NCBI RefSeq assembly: GCF_022539665.2
Contig: NC_081332.1
Span: 7,130,001-7,194,000, forward strand
Length of the DNA: 64,000 nucleotides
Direction: 5' to 3'
Source of the DNA: Daphnia carinata
Lineage: Eukaryota
Shown piece by piece: positions 12,465 through 25,861 of the stretch. Made by a program: the position numbers and the translations under genes. The notes under the pieces were generated by a model. It saw only the letters and a list, made by a program, of their open reading frames with translations, was not told the origin of the DNA and searched no databases. Each line of letters begins with the position of its first letter. Position 1 is the stretch's first letter.

Positions 12465-15400
12465 ATGTTTGGAGGATCGGCGCCATTTGCGTATAAAACT
12501 CCCTTTAACGGCGACCCGCGTGACTGGCTACTCTTTTCCTCGCGCTTCCAGGCTCTCGTCCATGACGTCATCCCGAACGACGCCCAGCGCTTAGCCATTC
12601 TAACCGAGTCGGTAGGCCCTAATGTTCTGCGCCGCATCTCCCCGCTTTTGAGAGCGCCTCGAGGCTACCCGGCTGTTCTTTCCTACCTGAAGAAACACTA
12701 CGGTTCCAGTGAGCAGATTGCGCGCTGCCAAATTCGCGATCTGTTGAGCCTCCTTATCGTCAAACCAGGTGATCGTCAGGCGCTGGAGCTGTTTTCCGAT
12801 CAGCTACACGGAGCAGTCGTCGTATTGGAGCAAGGAGGACTGGAGCACGACTTGAAGAGTGCTGCCAACTTAGACCAGGTGGTTCAAAAGCTGCCGCCTC
12901 TTTTTCGCCATCGCTGGGCCCGCTATGTGCGAAAACGTTTGCCAAGAGTTGTAGATCTTGGCGATCTCGATCGGTTTCTGGAGGAGGTTGTTGAAGAGGA
13001 GAGGATTGCCTTTGCGTCTGTCGAGCTAACGCCCAGGATCGAGCTCCGCGGAAAGCATGTCACTTTCGACAATCCAAACCTCACAAGACAACCTTCATTC
13101 AAATCCTCAGCCGCCAAGTCACCGCCCGTCCGTCCACCTCCGACCGTTTTGTCTACTCAGGCCATGAGAGAGGCGGACATCGAGTGCCCGAGCTGCGGTG
13201 AGGCTCATCGCTTAAACAGCTGTGTGGAATTTCGACGGAAGTCGCCATCGAGCGTTGTTGGCGAAGGAAAAAGGAAAAAGTATGTTTCAACTGCCTCGGA
13301 GGAAAACATCGAAGTGCCGACCGTCCTTCGAAGCCGGCATGTGAAACGTCCGGATGCCGTGCTTGCCATCATTCGTTGCTGCATGGTGCGGAAAGAGTTT
13401 TCCCCGAGAGGAGTGGACACCGCCGTTTTCCACCTCCGAATGAAGATTCGAGCGACGTTCCAGGTCCACAGACTTTCGCCATTGCCCCCCGTTCAGCATA
13501 AAACGTTCTTTTGACCGTTGTTCCAGTTCGTCTTCGTACTGGTGATAGAACCCTCGACGTCTTCGGTCTACTGGACACCGGTAGCCAAGCTACTTTGTTG
13601 CGTGAGGACGCGGCTCAAGCACTCGGCCTAACGGGCCGGCCGCGCAAAATTCGTTTTGGGACTTTCTACGGGAAAGATCCATTAGTCGACACTCATTTAG
13701 TGGATTTTACAGTCTCATCGCTGGATGGAGAAGATCCTAACGTTGGGCGCCGCCGGATGAAAAACTCTCCCACCTCGCTCGAGTATCTTCGCGGCCTTCA
13801 TTTTCCCGTTCGGGATGCCACAGAAGTCCAAGTTCTGATTGGCATGGACGTCCAGGATGCTCACCTGAATTTCGAAGTCCGCCGCCCGCCAGCAGGAGTT
13901 CAAGGACCTAATGCGGTTCGCACACCGTTCGGTTGGTGCATCGTGGGGAGAACCTTTTCGGCGCCCGCTGTGGAAGCAGCGAGCGTGAATTTCGTCAAGT
14001 TGGAGTCGATCGAGTGGCTGGAAGAGTCCGTGGAGAGGTTCTGGAGAACCCGTTCGTTGCCCGTCCGTGAGGCCCTCAAAACCTTCATGTCTGAGCTCGA
14101 CCGTGCGCCATTGACCAACTTGAATCGAATATTCGCCACACTGGAGTACGCTACGAGGTTGGTTTGCCCGTTTACCCCAACTGCCCTAAGCTGCCGGACA
14201 ACAAGGATTTTGCCCGCCGGAAGTTTTTCGCCCTGGAGAGGAGACTGCAGTCGAATGACGATCTTCGCAAAGCAGTTTCCGAACAAATGCAAGAAGTCTT
14301 CCGCAACGGCCACGCTACAGAAGTTATTTCCACCGATCCTGATTCCAAGATCTGGTACCTCCCGTTACACCCGGTTCAGCACCCCAGCAAGCCCAACAAG
14401 GTTCGACTCGTTGATGACACCGCTGCCCGCTTTAAGGGAATGGCCATTAACGATATCCTGCTGAAAGTGCCGGATCTTACGAACCAACTGCTCGCTGTGC
14501 TGCTTCGCTTTCGTGAAAGAAGGATTGCTGCTACTGCTGACGTTGCCAGAATGTTTTACTAGGTTCTGGTGCGAGAATGCGACAGGCCGATGTTTCGCTT
14601 CTTATGGAGGGAACCTGGAACCGAAAACCCCATCCAGGAGTTCCAAAGGACGGTGCACATTTTCGTCGCCTTGTCTTCGCCAACGACTTGTAGCTTCGCC
14701 CTGCAACGTCTCGAGAAGGATGCCCCGCTCCACCTGCAGGAAGTCGCGAGCCGGATACGCTCCGACTTCTACGTGGATAATTTATTATCATCGTTCGACG
14801 AAGTGGACTACGGAGCGTCTGTTTGCCAAAAACTCGTGGAGTTGCTTAGCCTAGGTGGCTTCAAACTTGTCCAATTCCTCAGGTCATCACGTCGGTTGCT
14901 GGACCGCTTGCCCGCCCCTTCTCGTCTTATGCCGGAGCTCAATTTGGATTTCGACGACTTGCCAACCGAACGGACGCTGGGTTATCTGTGGAACAGCGAG
15001 CGGGAAAAGGCCCAGTCGAAACGCTCCATTCTGGCTGCCATCGCGAGCATCTACGATACGCTTGGTCTGCTCGCGACGGTAGTCTTGGTGGCGAAGGCTA
15101 TTCTTCAGGACGTCTGGCGGCTGAAAACCGGTTGGGTTGAAGTGTTGCCCGCTGACATCTTGAATCGATGGGGACGTTTCGTGGAACATCTACCGACGGT
15201 CGAGTCCGTGAACATCCCGCGAAGCCTCATAACCCGACTACAGTCCGCTTACTCGTCGTTTCAGCTGCACGCCTTTTCGGACGAATCGAAGGACGGATTC
15301 GGAGTGGTCGTCTATCTTCGATCCGAGTCGCCTGACCAGATCGAAGTCGCGTTCGCGATGGCGAAGGTGAGAGTTGCTCCGATCCACCAAATTTCTATCC

Positions 15401-17031
15401 CGAAGATGGAGCTCTAAGGCGCGCTGTTAGCGGTCCGTCTGGTGAATTATTTGTTGAAGGAAATGACGCTGCCCATCTCTTCCGTGTTTTTCTGGGTGGA
15501 TGCGATGACCGTTCTTCGTTGGATCCACGCCAATCATCGCCGCTACAACGTCTTCGTTGCAAAATTTCGGAAATCCTCGATTCGACTACCCCGCAGCAGT
15601 GGCGCCATGTTCCAGGCATCTTAAACCCGGCGGATGAATGTAGCCGTGGCCTTTGTCCGTCCGACCTCGACCCCAATCATCGTTGGTACCGCGGACCAGA
15701 GTTTCTCGCTATGCCACCCGAACATTGGCCCGCCCAGATGCCGGATAATGCATTCTACGACGACGATGAAGAATCCATCGCATGCTTAGTTGTCATCGAT
15801 TCTAGCGGAACGCTAGATTATTTTTCCGCCCGTATCGAAAACCTTCACCATCTTGTGCGCATTGTCGCCTGGATTTGGAGATTTATCACCAACACGCGTG
15901 TCCTCGTAAATCGAAGACGGATCGAGCGAGAGGTAAATCCAGACGGCAGCCGTGCAGACCCGCCATCCGAACCGATCGAGGATCTGAAAACAGGCCGGCA
16001 GCAGAGTGCGGACGAGCTAAAGTCTGCCCGCCTTCTTCTGATCCGCGTTTCGCAACGCGCTTCTTTTTCCGACTACTTACACCGGCTGCAGAAGAGGGAA
16101 ACAATCCGTCCTGAATCCCGGCTACTGAAGCTGTCCGTCTACCTCGACAGTGCCGGAATCATTCGTGTCGGTGGCCGCCTTGAGAACGCCCCGATCAACA
16201 CCGAAGCCCGACATCCGGCGGTTCTTCGACCCGAAGCATCCGGTAACTAAGTTGTTTATTAGATGGGCACATCTTTCCGTCGACTCCTTTCTCATGGCGT
16301 TCACCCGCTTCGTTAGCCGACGAGGTGCACCCGCTGACGTTTTCAGCGACAACGGCACCAATTTGACGGCTGGAGAACGCGAGCTGCGTGAAGCAGTGAC
16401 CCTCCTAAACCACGCCAAAATCGTCGATCAGCTCGCGCGAAAGGAGATCCGCTGGCATTTTTCCCCGCCTTCTGCCCCGCATTTTGGAGGTGTATGGGAG
16501 CGACTGGTGCGCTCATGCAAAGACGCCCTCCGTGCAATCCTCGGTCAGCAAACGGTAAAGGAGGAGACCTTCGCTACCGCCGTCATTGAAGTTGAGGCAC
16601 TGCTGAATAATCGCCCGCTAACCTACCTGGGAGCAGATCCCCAGGAGTTCGAGCCTTTAACCCCGAACCATTTTTTGTTGGGCCGCCCCAATCTCCATCT
16701 ACCCGCTGAAGTCATCGACCCGGAAATAAATTGTTTTCGTCGCCGATGGTACCATGCGCAACAGCTTGTAGACCAGGTGTGGAGGCGCTGGCTGCGAGAG
16801 TATCTCCCAACTCTTACCACCCGCAACAAATGGACGAAGACGCCAAAAAACCTTGGTCCTTATGGTCGACCCGAAGTCGACGCGTGGCCATTGGCCAATT
16901 TGTCGGGTCGAGAAAGTGTTGCCCGGGCCCGACGGTGTAGTGCGCGCAGCAGAAGTCATTACGAAGTCCGGCAAAACCTACATTCGCCCGGTCACGATGC
17001 TGTGCGCGTCGAAGCCTTCAATGCTGCTTGA
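12465..17031 (+). pseudogene. BEL-1 gag-PR-RT-RNaseH-INT, frameshifted; integrase N-terminal part deleted
   Basis: FNGDPRDW (DUF1759-type gag), LLDTGSQ, FYVDN, LHAFSD, NPADECSRG, SDNGTNL, PSAPHFGGVWERLV. HPVTKLFIRWAH is joined directly to LSVDSF. Confidence 0.93.
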
Positions 17032-17055
17032 GATTTGCCGCAGCAGGGCCGGCTG

Positions 17056-17428
17056 TGTTACCGAGTTGCTATGGCAACTCGGATCGGGCTTCGCGCGTCT
17101 ACCATTTACCCTTCCCGTTCCCGAGTTGCCATGGCAACCAAGATCGGGCTTCGCGCGCCAACCATTTACCCTTCCCTTAGTTTAATTAGCGGCCTATTGT
17201 TTCGCAATGCTTATGTCTTTTGTTTTTTGATACACGCTAAGATTAATGACGTGTAAGGACGTTCAATTCCCTTTCGACCGTGCTACCTTTCGTGACGCCA
17301 TTTTTTGCTCGCGTTGTCTCATTTTTTGTCCTAAGTTTAATACAGTTTTTTTTGTGGGTTACTAGTTCGCCATTCGTTTTCGTTTTCGTTATTCGGTTAT
17401 ACGCTGCAGACTTGTTTAGTTTGCAACA
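17056..17428 (+). repeat. BEL-1 3' LTR with two 60-bp tandem units
   Basis: gggccggctg|TGTTACC...GCAACA. Units at about 17057-17116 and 17117-17176. Confidence 0.88.
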
Positions 17429-17695
17429 GTCGTAATTCAGAAACCGTCCAGTATTGTATAAGTAGTCAACCCAAACAAGTTGTCTTTGTCTCGTCCCATT
17501 TTTTTCACATCGTTTGTTTCAGTTTTGTTTCCGTTTTTTTTTTCAAACCAAGTGTCTTTGTCCCAAGAAAAATAGCGTTCTTTTTTTATCATCTCTCATC
17601 TCCATTTTCACTCATCCTCATCAGTCATCACTCATCCCTCATTCTTTCTCTGTTACGACTCTACGTGCATCAGCCTAAAATAACGTTTCTACGTC

Positions 17696-20600
17696 ATGAG
17701 AGAAGCCGTACCCAAAGCCGAAAATATGGAAATTGGCCACATTTGGGAACACGGCCCCAACCCGAAGGTAGACGAATCGAAACCTGAACGGCAGAAGAGT
17801 GAACGGCCATTACTTCCCGAAAACGATCTCAAGAAGAAACGTGGGAAGAGAAAGGCGGCCCACACGAAGTTAACGACACAACTCAGAAAGGCAGTGGAAG
17901 ACCACAAGATGGGAGCCATCAGATTGAAGAAGCTGCAAGTAACAGCATGGCGTGACGAATTAATTCGTATGTATGACGAAGTCAAAGCAATTCACAACCA
18001 GTATACAGAAAGTATATCCGGCCTGACTGAGCAACAACGTCAAGCATGTGACAAGTGGGGAGTAGATTTCGAAACGGATCACGTCGAAATTATCAAATTC
18101 GTGAGCCGATACGCTACGTCCTCGAATAAATCGGTCAGCTCGATTGGGACATCAGCCTCGGACATCACATGCAGTACCACGTTATACGAAAAAAGGCGTA
18201 CCAACGTTAAACCAGCCAGCCTTCTCCAAAAATCAACCCAAGGGGAGTTGGAGAGTGAAGCACAGATGCTGAAGCTGGCATTGAAGTTGGAAACGGGAAG
18301 GGCTCAGATGGATACAAATACAACTTCCATCACAGAAACACTCAATAAGGCGTTAAGGAACATGAGTGAGCAGTTGAGTAAACTCATTGATAGCTCAAGA
18401 GTCAGGTCCAAAGATATCGCGGCCTACAACACGTTAGTCCGGGAAGCACATCACACGTTGGACGGTTTGGATCATAAAATTCACGTAGTTAAGGTGGAAT
18501 TAAGCGCTAAAATCGAAGACCTTCGAACGGAAGTAGACGTGATGAAAGTTAAACCCCGAATGATTCAAGATCAACGACTTCCTGAGCCATTGCCAGCCTT
18601 GCAAACACGTCAAGACGTTCCTAACCTGTCAACCATACGCACGATGGAGGATTCTGTCCGTCATCGTGGAAGATTGGTCGCCGCCGATGCATCTCTACGA
18701 GACCCGCGGCGAGGTGCGACGGCCACGATAACGTCCAGATGTGACCCTACGGATCACGACGAAGATGAGCACTCTGAACGTTCACACACCCACAGTCAAG
18801 TTAATCGTCCTCACAGCAGCTGCTGCAGTCGCCTACAACCTCAAAACTTCAAGATCCAGCCGTTTGATGGCAACCCGAAGAATTACGCGCGATTCAAGGC
18901 CAAATTCCAGGCCTTGTATGGAGAGTACGAAGATTCTCCGGTACTTCTTTTTATGTTAGAGGAGTTGCTAGCCGAAGTATGAATTGAAATCGGCGAATGT
19001 TTGACCGATGGAACAATGTACTCTGTGGTGTGGGAACGTTTGGACGCGGTCTACGGCCAAACTGAGATCATGGACCAGACATACCTCGACGACCTTCTAC
19101 AAGTCCCGCCATTGAAGAGCTTAGATGCTGCCAGCCTCAAGACTTTCGCAAATCGTCTTCATGGTAAGTAGCCACGCTCTCCAAGTCGAAGTATGCCCAT
19201 GAGCTACACAGCCGTACCACCATGATGGCCCTGGAAGCAAAATTAACGCCTTACCTCAAAGGTAAGTGGAACGAAAAACGAAAAAAGGCAGGAGTAGAAC
19301 TGAATATTCTAGACTTAGACGACTGGGTAACGTTAAAATCCATGAGCAAGCAACATGGAAAAATGTATTCGAGTCCTTACCCACGTCGACGTCCAAAGGT
19401 GTAAAGTTCGACGAAAGGAAACACATCAGGAGACCCAGCTTTCCACACACGTCGACCATTGGACACGTATCGACGATGGAAGGTTCGAAAGTAGCGGCGT
19501 CAACATCTTCGGCAACCATGCCTCCAAGGAACCGATCAACATCGGGGAATATACAAGCCGAGAAGACGGATCGGTGGATATGGTTTGTATGTAACGGCAG
19601 GAGCCACCATCTCTCAACCTACACCGTCTTCATGTCTCTCACGCCCACGAAAAGGGCTGAGAAAGTATTCAAGTCCGGAAGATGTCTGTTATTTCTTACG
19701 GGAAAACACGAACGCAAGGAGTGTCCCAGGGACATCGGCTGTACTATTGCTGGGTGTACTGGAACCCGACACCACACCTTGCTTCACGGATCCTAATTCA
19801 TCCCATTGAGGAGGCTGGATGATCAACCTGCCCCATCAGCGCCACCTTCGACAGCATTCCTTCGGACCTTGACCCATTTGGAAACAGTAAAACGACGTGT
19901 ACGTTTCAAGATCGTACCGGTTCGTGTTGGAGCTGGCAAAACGTGGGTCGATACTTTCGGTTTCCTGGATACCAGTAGCGACACCACGCTGAACCGGAGC
20001 GACTTACAAAGAAGTTGGGACTCGTTGGGCCATCTAAGAGCATCAACGTTGTCTCGTATGACGGAGCCACGTCTAACGTTACGGCTTCCGTAGTAAACTT
20101 CGCCTTAACATCTCGTGATGGTCAAAGCCAGTTTGAAGTCAAACACGCTTAAGCCGTCGACAATATGAAGGTGACGCCGAATTCACCGATCGACCCTCGA
20201 CAGTTGGAGTCATGGACGCACCTACGTGGTATTGCCGTACCGACCGTTCAAGAAGAGGACGTGACCGTGCTGATAGGAATCGACGTCGAAGGGGCCCATG
20301 ATCATGTAGCTTCCATCAAGCCGCCGGCTGGAACGAATGGGATCATCTCCTTCAAGACGCCATTTGGTTGGTGTTTGGGTGGACAAACGGGCCCGCCACA
20401 AGGCGGACGCCCGTTCATCGCTCATCTGGCCACCAAGGAACGTCTCGAAGACCTGAACGAGCTGGTGAAGAAGTTTTGGCAACTTGAGGCCAACGAAGTA
20501 GACATAGAACCACCCGTTCTATCCGAGGATGATGTACGTGGCAAACGCATCCTCGAATCGTCAGTAAAACGTATAGGTAACCAGTATCAAGTCGGCTTAA

Positions 20601-22955
20601 TGTGGAAAGCCAAAGGACGTAAAGTCCCAAACAATCGGGCAACTGCATTGAAGAGGCTCTACGCCCTCGAACGACGTTTTCATTGAGACGCGGAATTCGC
20701 CCAAAGGTACGATGCAGTGATCAAGGAGTACATCGGTTTGAAACATGCCCGACTCCTCACGACTCAAGAAGCTCGGACGGACACTAAAAGGACGTGGTAT
20801 CTACAACACCACGGGTTCGTGAGCCCATGAAGCTCATCGACCAAAGTTCGCGTTGTATTCGATGGAGCTGCTGAGTTCGGTGGCACATCGATTAATCAAA
20901 ACCTGCTTCGGGGACCTAACCTACTCGTTCGCCTGCTTGGTGTGCTCATCCGCTTCCGCCGCAACCTCTTACCAGTCGGAGCGGATATTGAGAAAATGTT
21001 CCACCAAGTGAAAGTCCACGAAGAAGACCAGGCAGCCTTCAAATTTCTCTACCGGACACCTGGCAGTATTTCAGCTCCGTTAACGTATCAGATAACGGTT
21101 CACGTATTTGGATCCATATCCTCCCCGAAGAGCTACATCTTCCCTCAACAGAACGGCCGATGACCACCACAGCCAGTTTCCAGACGTAGCTGATAGCGTT
21201 CGACGGAATTTCTACGTCGACAATTATCTCGACTCCTTCGACTCCGAAGACGAGGTCATCAAGCGGTCCCTCCAAGTGAAGTCCCTGCTTCAGCTAGGTG
21301 GATTCAACTTGACCAAATGGACGTCGTCGTCGATAATGGTGATCGCAGATTTACGAGAATTCGGCCTCGCGTCACCAACACTGGAACTGGACTTGGAGAA
21401 ACTCCCCGTTGAAAGAACCCTTGGAGTAATGTGGGACAGCGAGCTAGATATGCTGACGTTCAAGAATCGGAAGCCGCCGAACAACGTGACCCTCACGAAG
21501 CGAGTCTTCCTAAGCATCATCTCTAGCGTCTATGATCCGCTGGGACTGGTTGCCCCAGTTATTTTCGTGATGAAGTCTTTACTCCAAGACATCTGTACCA
21601 ACGAGGAGCGGATCGGTTGGGACGACGTCGTACCGGAAACATCGAGTCAACGTTTCCATTGCTGGTACGACCATCTGGAAAAATTCGAGTCGCTGTCACT
21701 GCCGGGATGCTTCCATTCCAAACTAGGACGTTGGACTCAACAGCCCCTCCACGTCTTCACGGATGCAAGCTCCAAAGGGTACGGAGCAGTAGCCTACTTC
21801 CGCACTGTATTCGAAGACCAGTCCGCCAACGTGTCATTCGTAATGTCTAAACCGCACGTCACGCCGGTGAAAGGTCTCACGATTCCACGTTAGAGCTACA
21901 AGCGGCAGTAGAAGGTCTCAAAATCGCCCTCACGATTTGCCGTGAGCTGGAGATCGATTTGCGGCAAGTAACCTTCCACACAGACTCACAACCGGTGCTG
22001 CGGTGGATCCATTCAAAGACATGCCGATTTGAAGTCTTAGTCAACAACCGCATCGGAAAGATACTCCGAAACACAGGACGTCGACCATTGCGTCACGTTG
22101 CTGGAGACTTAAACCCAGTGGATCTCTGCAGAAGGGGTATCGACCCAAAGGACGTCAACGAATTGGTCTACTTCCATCGAAAACCTTCGTTCCTGAACGT
22201 CGACCCCTCAGAGTGGTACACTTGGGAAGAGATTACGGAGCCGGAAGAACGAGATGTAAATGTAATTCGTGTCTTGGCAGTCAAAACGGAAGATGATAAT
22301 CATGTCATCGACCGATGCGTCGCACGTTTTTCCAGCTTGGTGAAACTTCAACGAGTGCTGGCCTGGAGTAAAAGATTTGCCAACAACGCCAGAGCAAAAC
22401 TACGTGGAGAAAAACCCATGGTCGGAGAGCTAACGGTAGAAGAAATGGTAACGTCACTGACAAAATGCATCGTACGTGCACAGGAATTGGCCTTTGCTGA
22501 AGAATTTTACGCCCTTCGCAAGAATCTGGAATTGCCAGTCAGATCAAGACCTTCAAGCCTTTCTTGGATGAAGTCGGACAGATGCGAATTGGCGGACGTA
22601 TACTTCAAGCGACGATCGATTATGCAGCTAAGCACCCCATACTTCTACCAGCATCTCAACCTTTAACAAAAAGGATAACTTGGGATGACCACGTTCGATA
22701 CATGCACGTCAAGACCGAAAGATTGTTGACAGACCTACGTTCACGCTATTGGATACTCTCTGGACGTAAAGTGGTAAAATCCGTACTCAACAATTGCTGG
22801 CCTTGCAAGCGCACGTCGGCAAAGCCTAGCCCGTCATTGATGGCTTCCCTTCCAGCTCATCGACTAACGCCTCATCTGCCCGCGTTTACGTACACAGGGG
22901 TCGATTACTTTGGACCATTGACTGTACGAGTTGGTGGACGGGGACGGAGACATGA
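17696..22955 (+). pseudogene. BEL-2 gag-pol, degenerate, integrase truncated
   Basis: PFDGNPKNY, zinc knuckles, FLDTSSD, ADIEKMFHQV, FYVDN, VFTDAS, TGVDYFGP. Breaks off after GRRHE. Confidence 0.92.
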
Positions 22956-25146
22956 AAATCGAACAAATGAAACCATTCATTGACATGACTAGTGTTGCGC
23001 AGTGTACAAAAATTCAGATGGCGACCGAAGAATCGCAGGAAAACAAAAATGGGGAGCCGGAAAATGAAGCATCTGCAAATTCTCCAGAACAAGAAAAATC
23101 AGAAGAAGCAGATGCAAGGCCCTCAAATGAGAATGAAACGCCGCCAGAAACGGCAGAAACAGACATTGAAGATCCAATTCTACCGCCAACAAGACAAGAA
23201 AACGTACAAGTAGCAAGAGCAGAAAACGCAGGCGTACGAAGATCTGCTTGCATAGCGGGAAGGAGAACAGTAATGTTAACCTTACCTCTGTTGCTACTGC
23301 TTTCCGTATTTTCAGGACCACCGACCTCAAAAGAAATACTCGCCAATCAAGGCGTAATCTTCAAATCAGAAGGAGAGATAGCCTTTTCAGACTCTGAGTG
23401 GGTAGTCGTCACCGACTTCACATTCAATCCTTTAGAGACCGTCATTAAAACTCTACAGGATGTAGTAGGAAGAAAGGTCAATACCCTGAACTTCCGATAC
23501 GAAGGCCCAAACGAAGGATTTAAAAAACGAATTAAAGAAGAGGTCGAGGAACGAGCACGAGCAGAATTGAAAAACCTGAAAAAGAGTCAGGAAAGACTTA
23601 GAGAACTAAAACAAGCAGTAAATGTAGGCAGTACCCGTACGAAAAGAGGCCTAATCGACGGAGGAGGAAAAGTTCTCAATTGGCTCTTTGGAGTGTCCAC
23701 TGAAGAAGATTTAGAACACATAAACAATCGTGTGGAGAAGTTATCAACAGAGACCACTAACATTGTTCACGCAATGGAAGTCCACGCTTCATTAATCAAC
23801 GCGACGCTTTGGGAGACAAAAGCAACATCAAACGCCGTCGAAGAACTACAAAACGCATTTGAAAAATTGGAACGTGAAGCATGGAAAACAGATCACAAAA
23901 TAGATGGAATTACCCAAGAAGTGGAAAATCACGAAATAGCCAGAGCAGCCATTGAAAACACCTTTCGTGAAATCAAGTCAGCCTTAGCTTGGCTGGATGA
24001 AGCAATTGAAGATTTTGCCATCGGCCTAGCAACAATGGCAATGGAACGTTTACCGGCAATGCGTTTCCCAAGAAATAAAGGCAATTTTGCCTTCTGGATG
24101 GTCATTGAGCCCCTCAATTCAAACAGGAGACACCTGGCAAGTTTATAAAGATGCAAACGTAGCAGTGGCAGCAATAGAAGACAATCTAAGAATTTTCATT
24201 CACTTACCTGTGTTCGAATTCCCATTTGGATTCACACTGTGCGAAGTGATAAGTTTACCAAGACCAACTAAAAATGCCACCCAAGGGGCAAGGGGCACAA
24301 TTCCATCCGTTACCAGCATTCTTGGCAGTGGGAAACGATAGACAAGCGTTTGTCGAATTGTCAACACACGAAGTGCATCGCTGCATGATGTCAACAACAT
24401 CAATTTGCCCTAACAGTAGAGCAATAAATAAAAGACACAGAGAACCAAGCTTCGCAATGGCACTGTTTTTAAAAGATGAAAAAAGAAGCCGCTTACAATG
24501 CACTACAAAACTATCTCCGTGTAACGGCCAGCAAACTGTATACCTGGAACACCGAAGATGGGGTTACTCCACTGCACAAGAAATGACAATAAAAATAACT
24601 TGTCCGAGCAGCAGAGGAAAAACAAACACAGAGATCAAACCTGAACCTTTCGATGTGTTTGAAGTGCCAGCAACATGTACGACGTACACAGAAGACTGGA
24701 TTTTTCAAGCAAGCTTCAAAAAGAACGTAAAACATACGTAAAACAACGTCACACTACCGCCGCTGTTCGAATTGGAAAATACTGACCTCATTCCACAAGA
24801 CTATGAAACGCGGGATATGGATACGCAAGAGCCCGAAAAAAGAAAATGGAAAAATAGGCCTCAAGCAATCAGCAAGGCCACAACACAAAGCCGCGTTACC
24901 CTTATGGGGGAACATTTACGGAAAATAGAAGAAGAAAAAGAAAGAAAGAACGCCGAACGAACTACCAACGTCCGGTATCCCTTCGAAATTATCGCTGCTA
25001 TAGCCACACTGTTTCTCAGCTTGGCAATAGCACTATTCCTCAGCAGACGACAAAACAAAATCGTTCTGTCAAATCTGACTGAACGAGTAAATGAACTCGA
25101 AAGTCAACTAAAAAGACACGAAGAGGAAGTTGAAGAGCAGCTGTAA
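22955..25146 (+). pseudogene. env: env, class I fusion protein of baculovirus-F/errantivirus type, contiguous with integrase tail
   Basis: Signal-like MLTLPLLLLLSVFSG, furin site RTKR (23636-23647), fusion peptide GLIDGGGKVLNWLFG, heptad-rich helices, Cys-rich segment, TM IIAAIATLFLSLAIALFL. Frameshifts near 24070-24290 and a stop at 24741. Confidence 0.85.
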
Positions 25147-25468
25147 AACGTTCTTCATACGTCATCAATTTTTTTTCCTCTTTTTGATTTTTAAACTAAA
25201 TTTTCCTATTTCATTCGAAGTTTCTCTATAATATAGGTATAGGAAAATTGAAACAAAGAAAAATGTTTCTTTTAATATAGAATTAGAAATTCTACTGTTA
25301 GAAATGTTCTTTTTGAAAACCTTTTCTCAAAAACGTATGTTTAGACTAAATGTTTAAAATGTTCCAAATGTTTTCAGACGACAGTTCTCAGACTGCTATT
25401 CGTCCCGATTGCAAAAATTTTTGAAAAAATTTTTGCAATCGGGACGAATAGCACTCTGAGATGGGGGA

Positions 25469-25861
25469 TGTAACGCACAGCACACGTAGGGTTATGCAAC
25501 CTATAGAACTTATCTCGTGGTTAACTCTCGAGAGTTAGATAAACTAGTGATTATTAAATGTTACAGGAAAGTTATCACCCAATTACTTAAATCCCCAGAA
25601 CAGGAGAAAACGCCCAACGATGGTATAAAAGAAGGCCACTCGGCTGGATCGGGGTTCCTTCCGTCTTAGTTATTCTTATGTGTTAAAGTTGTAAAAACCT
25701 TATTTCCCTTACTCTTAGCTATTCTGTAGTCAATTATCTTTGATTTCTAAATGGCTCTGACGTCGATCGTCCGTTACAATATGCTAGCAGACAACATTCA
25801 GTCAACCTAACTTCGTCATAGTGAACGTGCTCCCTGCGAACCCTACGTGCAACGTCAAACA
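25469..25861 (+). repeat. Gypsy-F 3' LTR (right end approximate)
   Basis: TG start after PPT, TATA box ggtataaaa near 25622, subterminal inverted pair cacgtagggtt/aaccctacgtg, CA end at 25861. An alternative end is cgttaca at 25778. Confidence 0.62.

Larger units (their letters stand above)
12409..17428 (+). mobile_element. BEL/Pao element (BEL-1) nested in the BEL-2 5' LTR, TSD GTCGT; its own 5' LTR reduced to 7 nt
   Basis: GTCGT at 12404-12408 and 17429-17433. The uninterrupted site gtagtcgtaattcag is in the BEL-2 3' LTR. The element starts tgttacc, like its 3' LTR. Confidence 0.92.
22955..25861 (+). mobile_element. 3' part of an env-bearing Gypsy element (Gypsy-F) lying inside BEL-2
   Basis: Gypsy integrase tail (EQMKPF...RRS), env, AT-rich UTR, PPT tggggga (25462-25468), LTR starting TGTAACG at 25469. 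Confidence 0.8.

Noticed and set aside
22564..24148. In-frame BEL pol-env fusion (true env-bearing BEL)
   Set aside because: BEL INT and env are in different frames, the INT core is missing, and env is followed by its own PPT and a non-BEL LTR.
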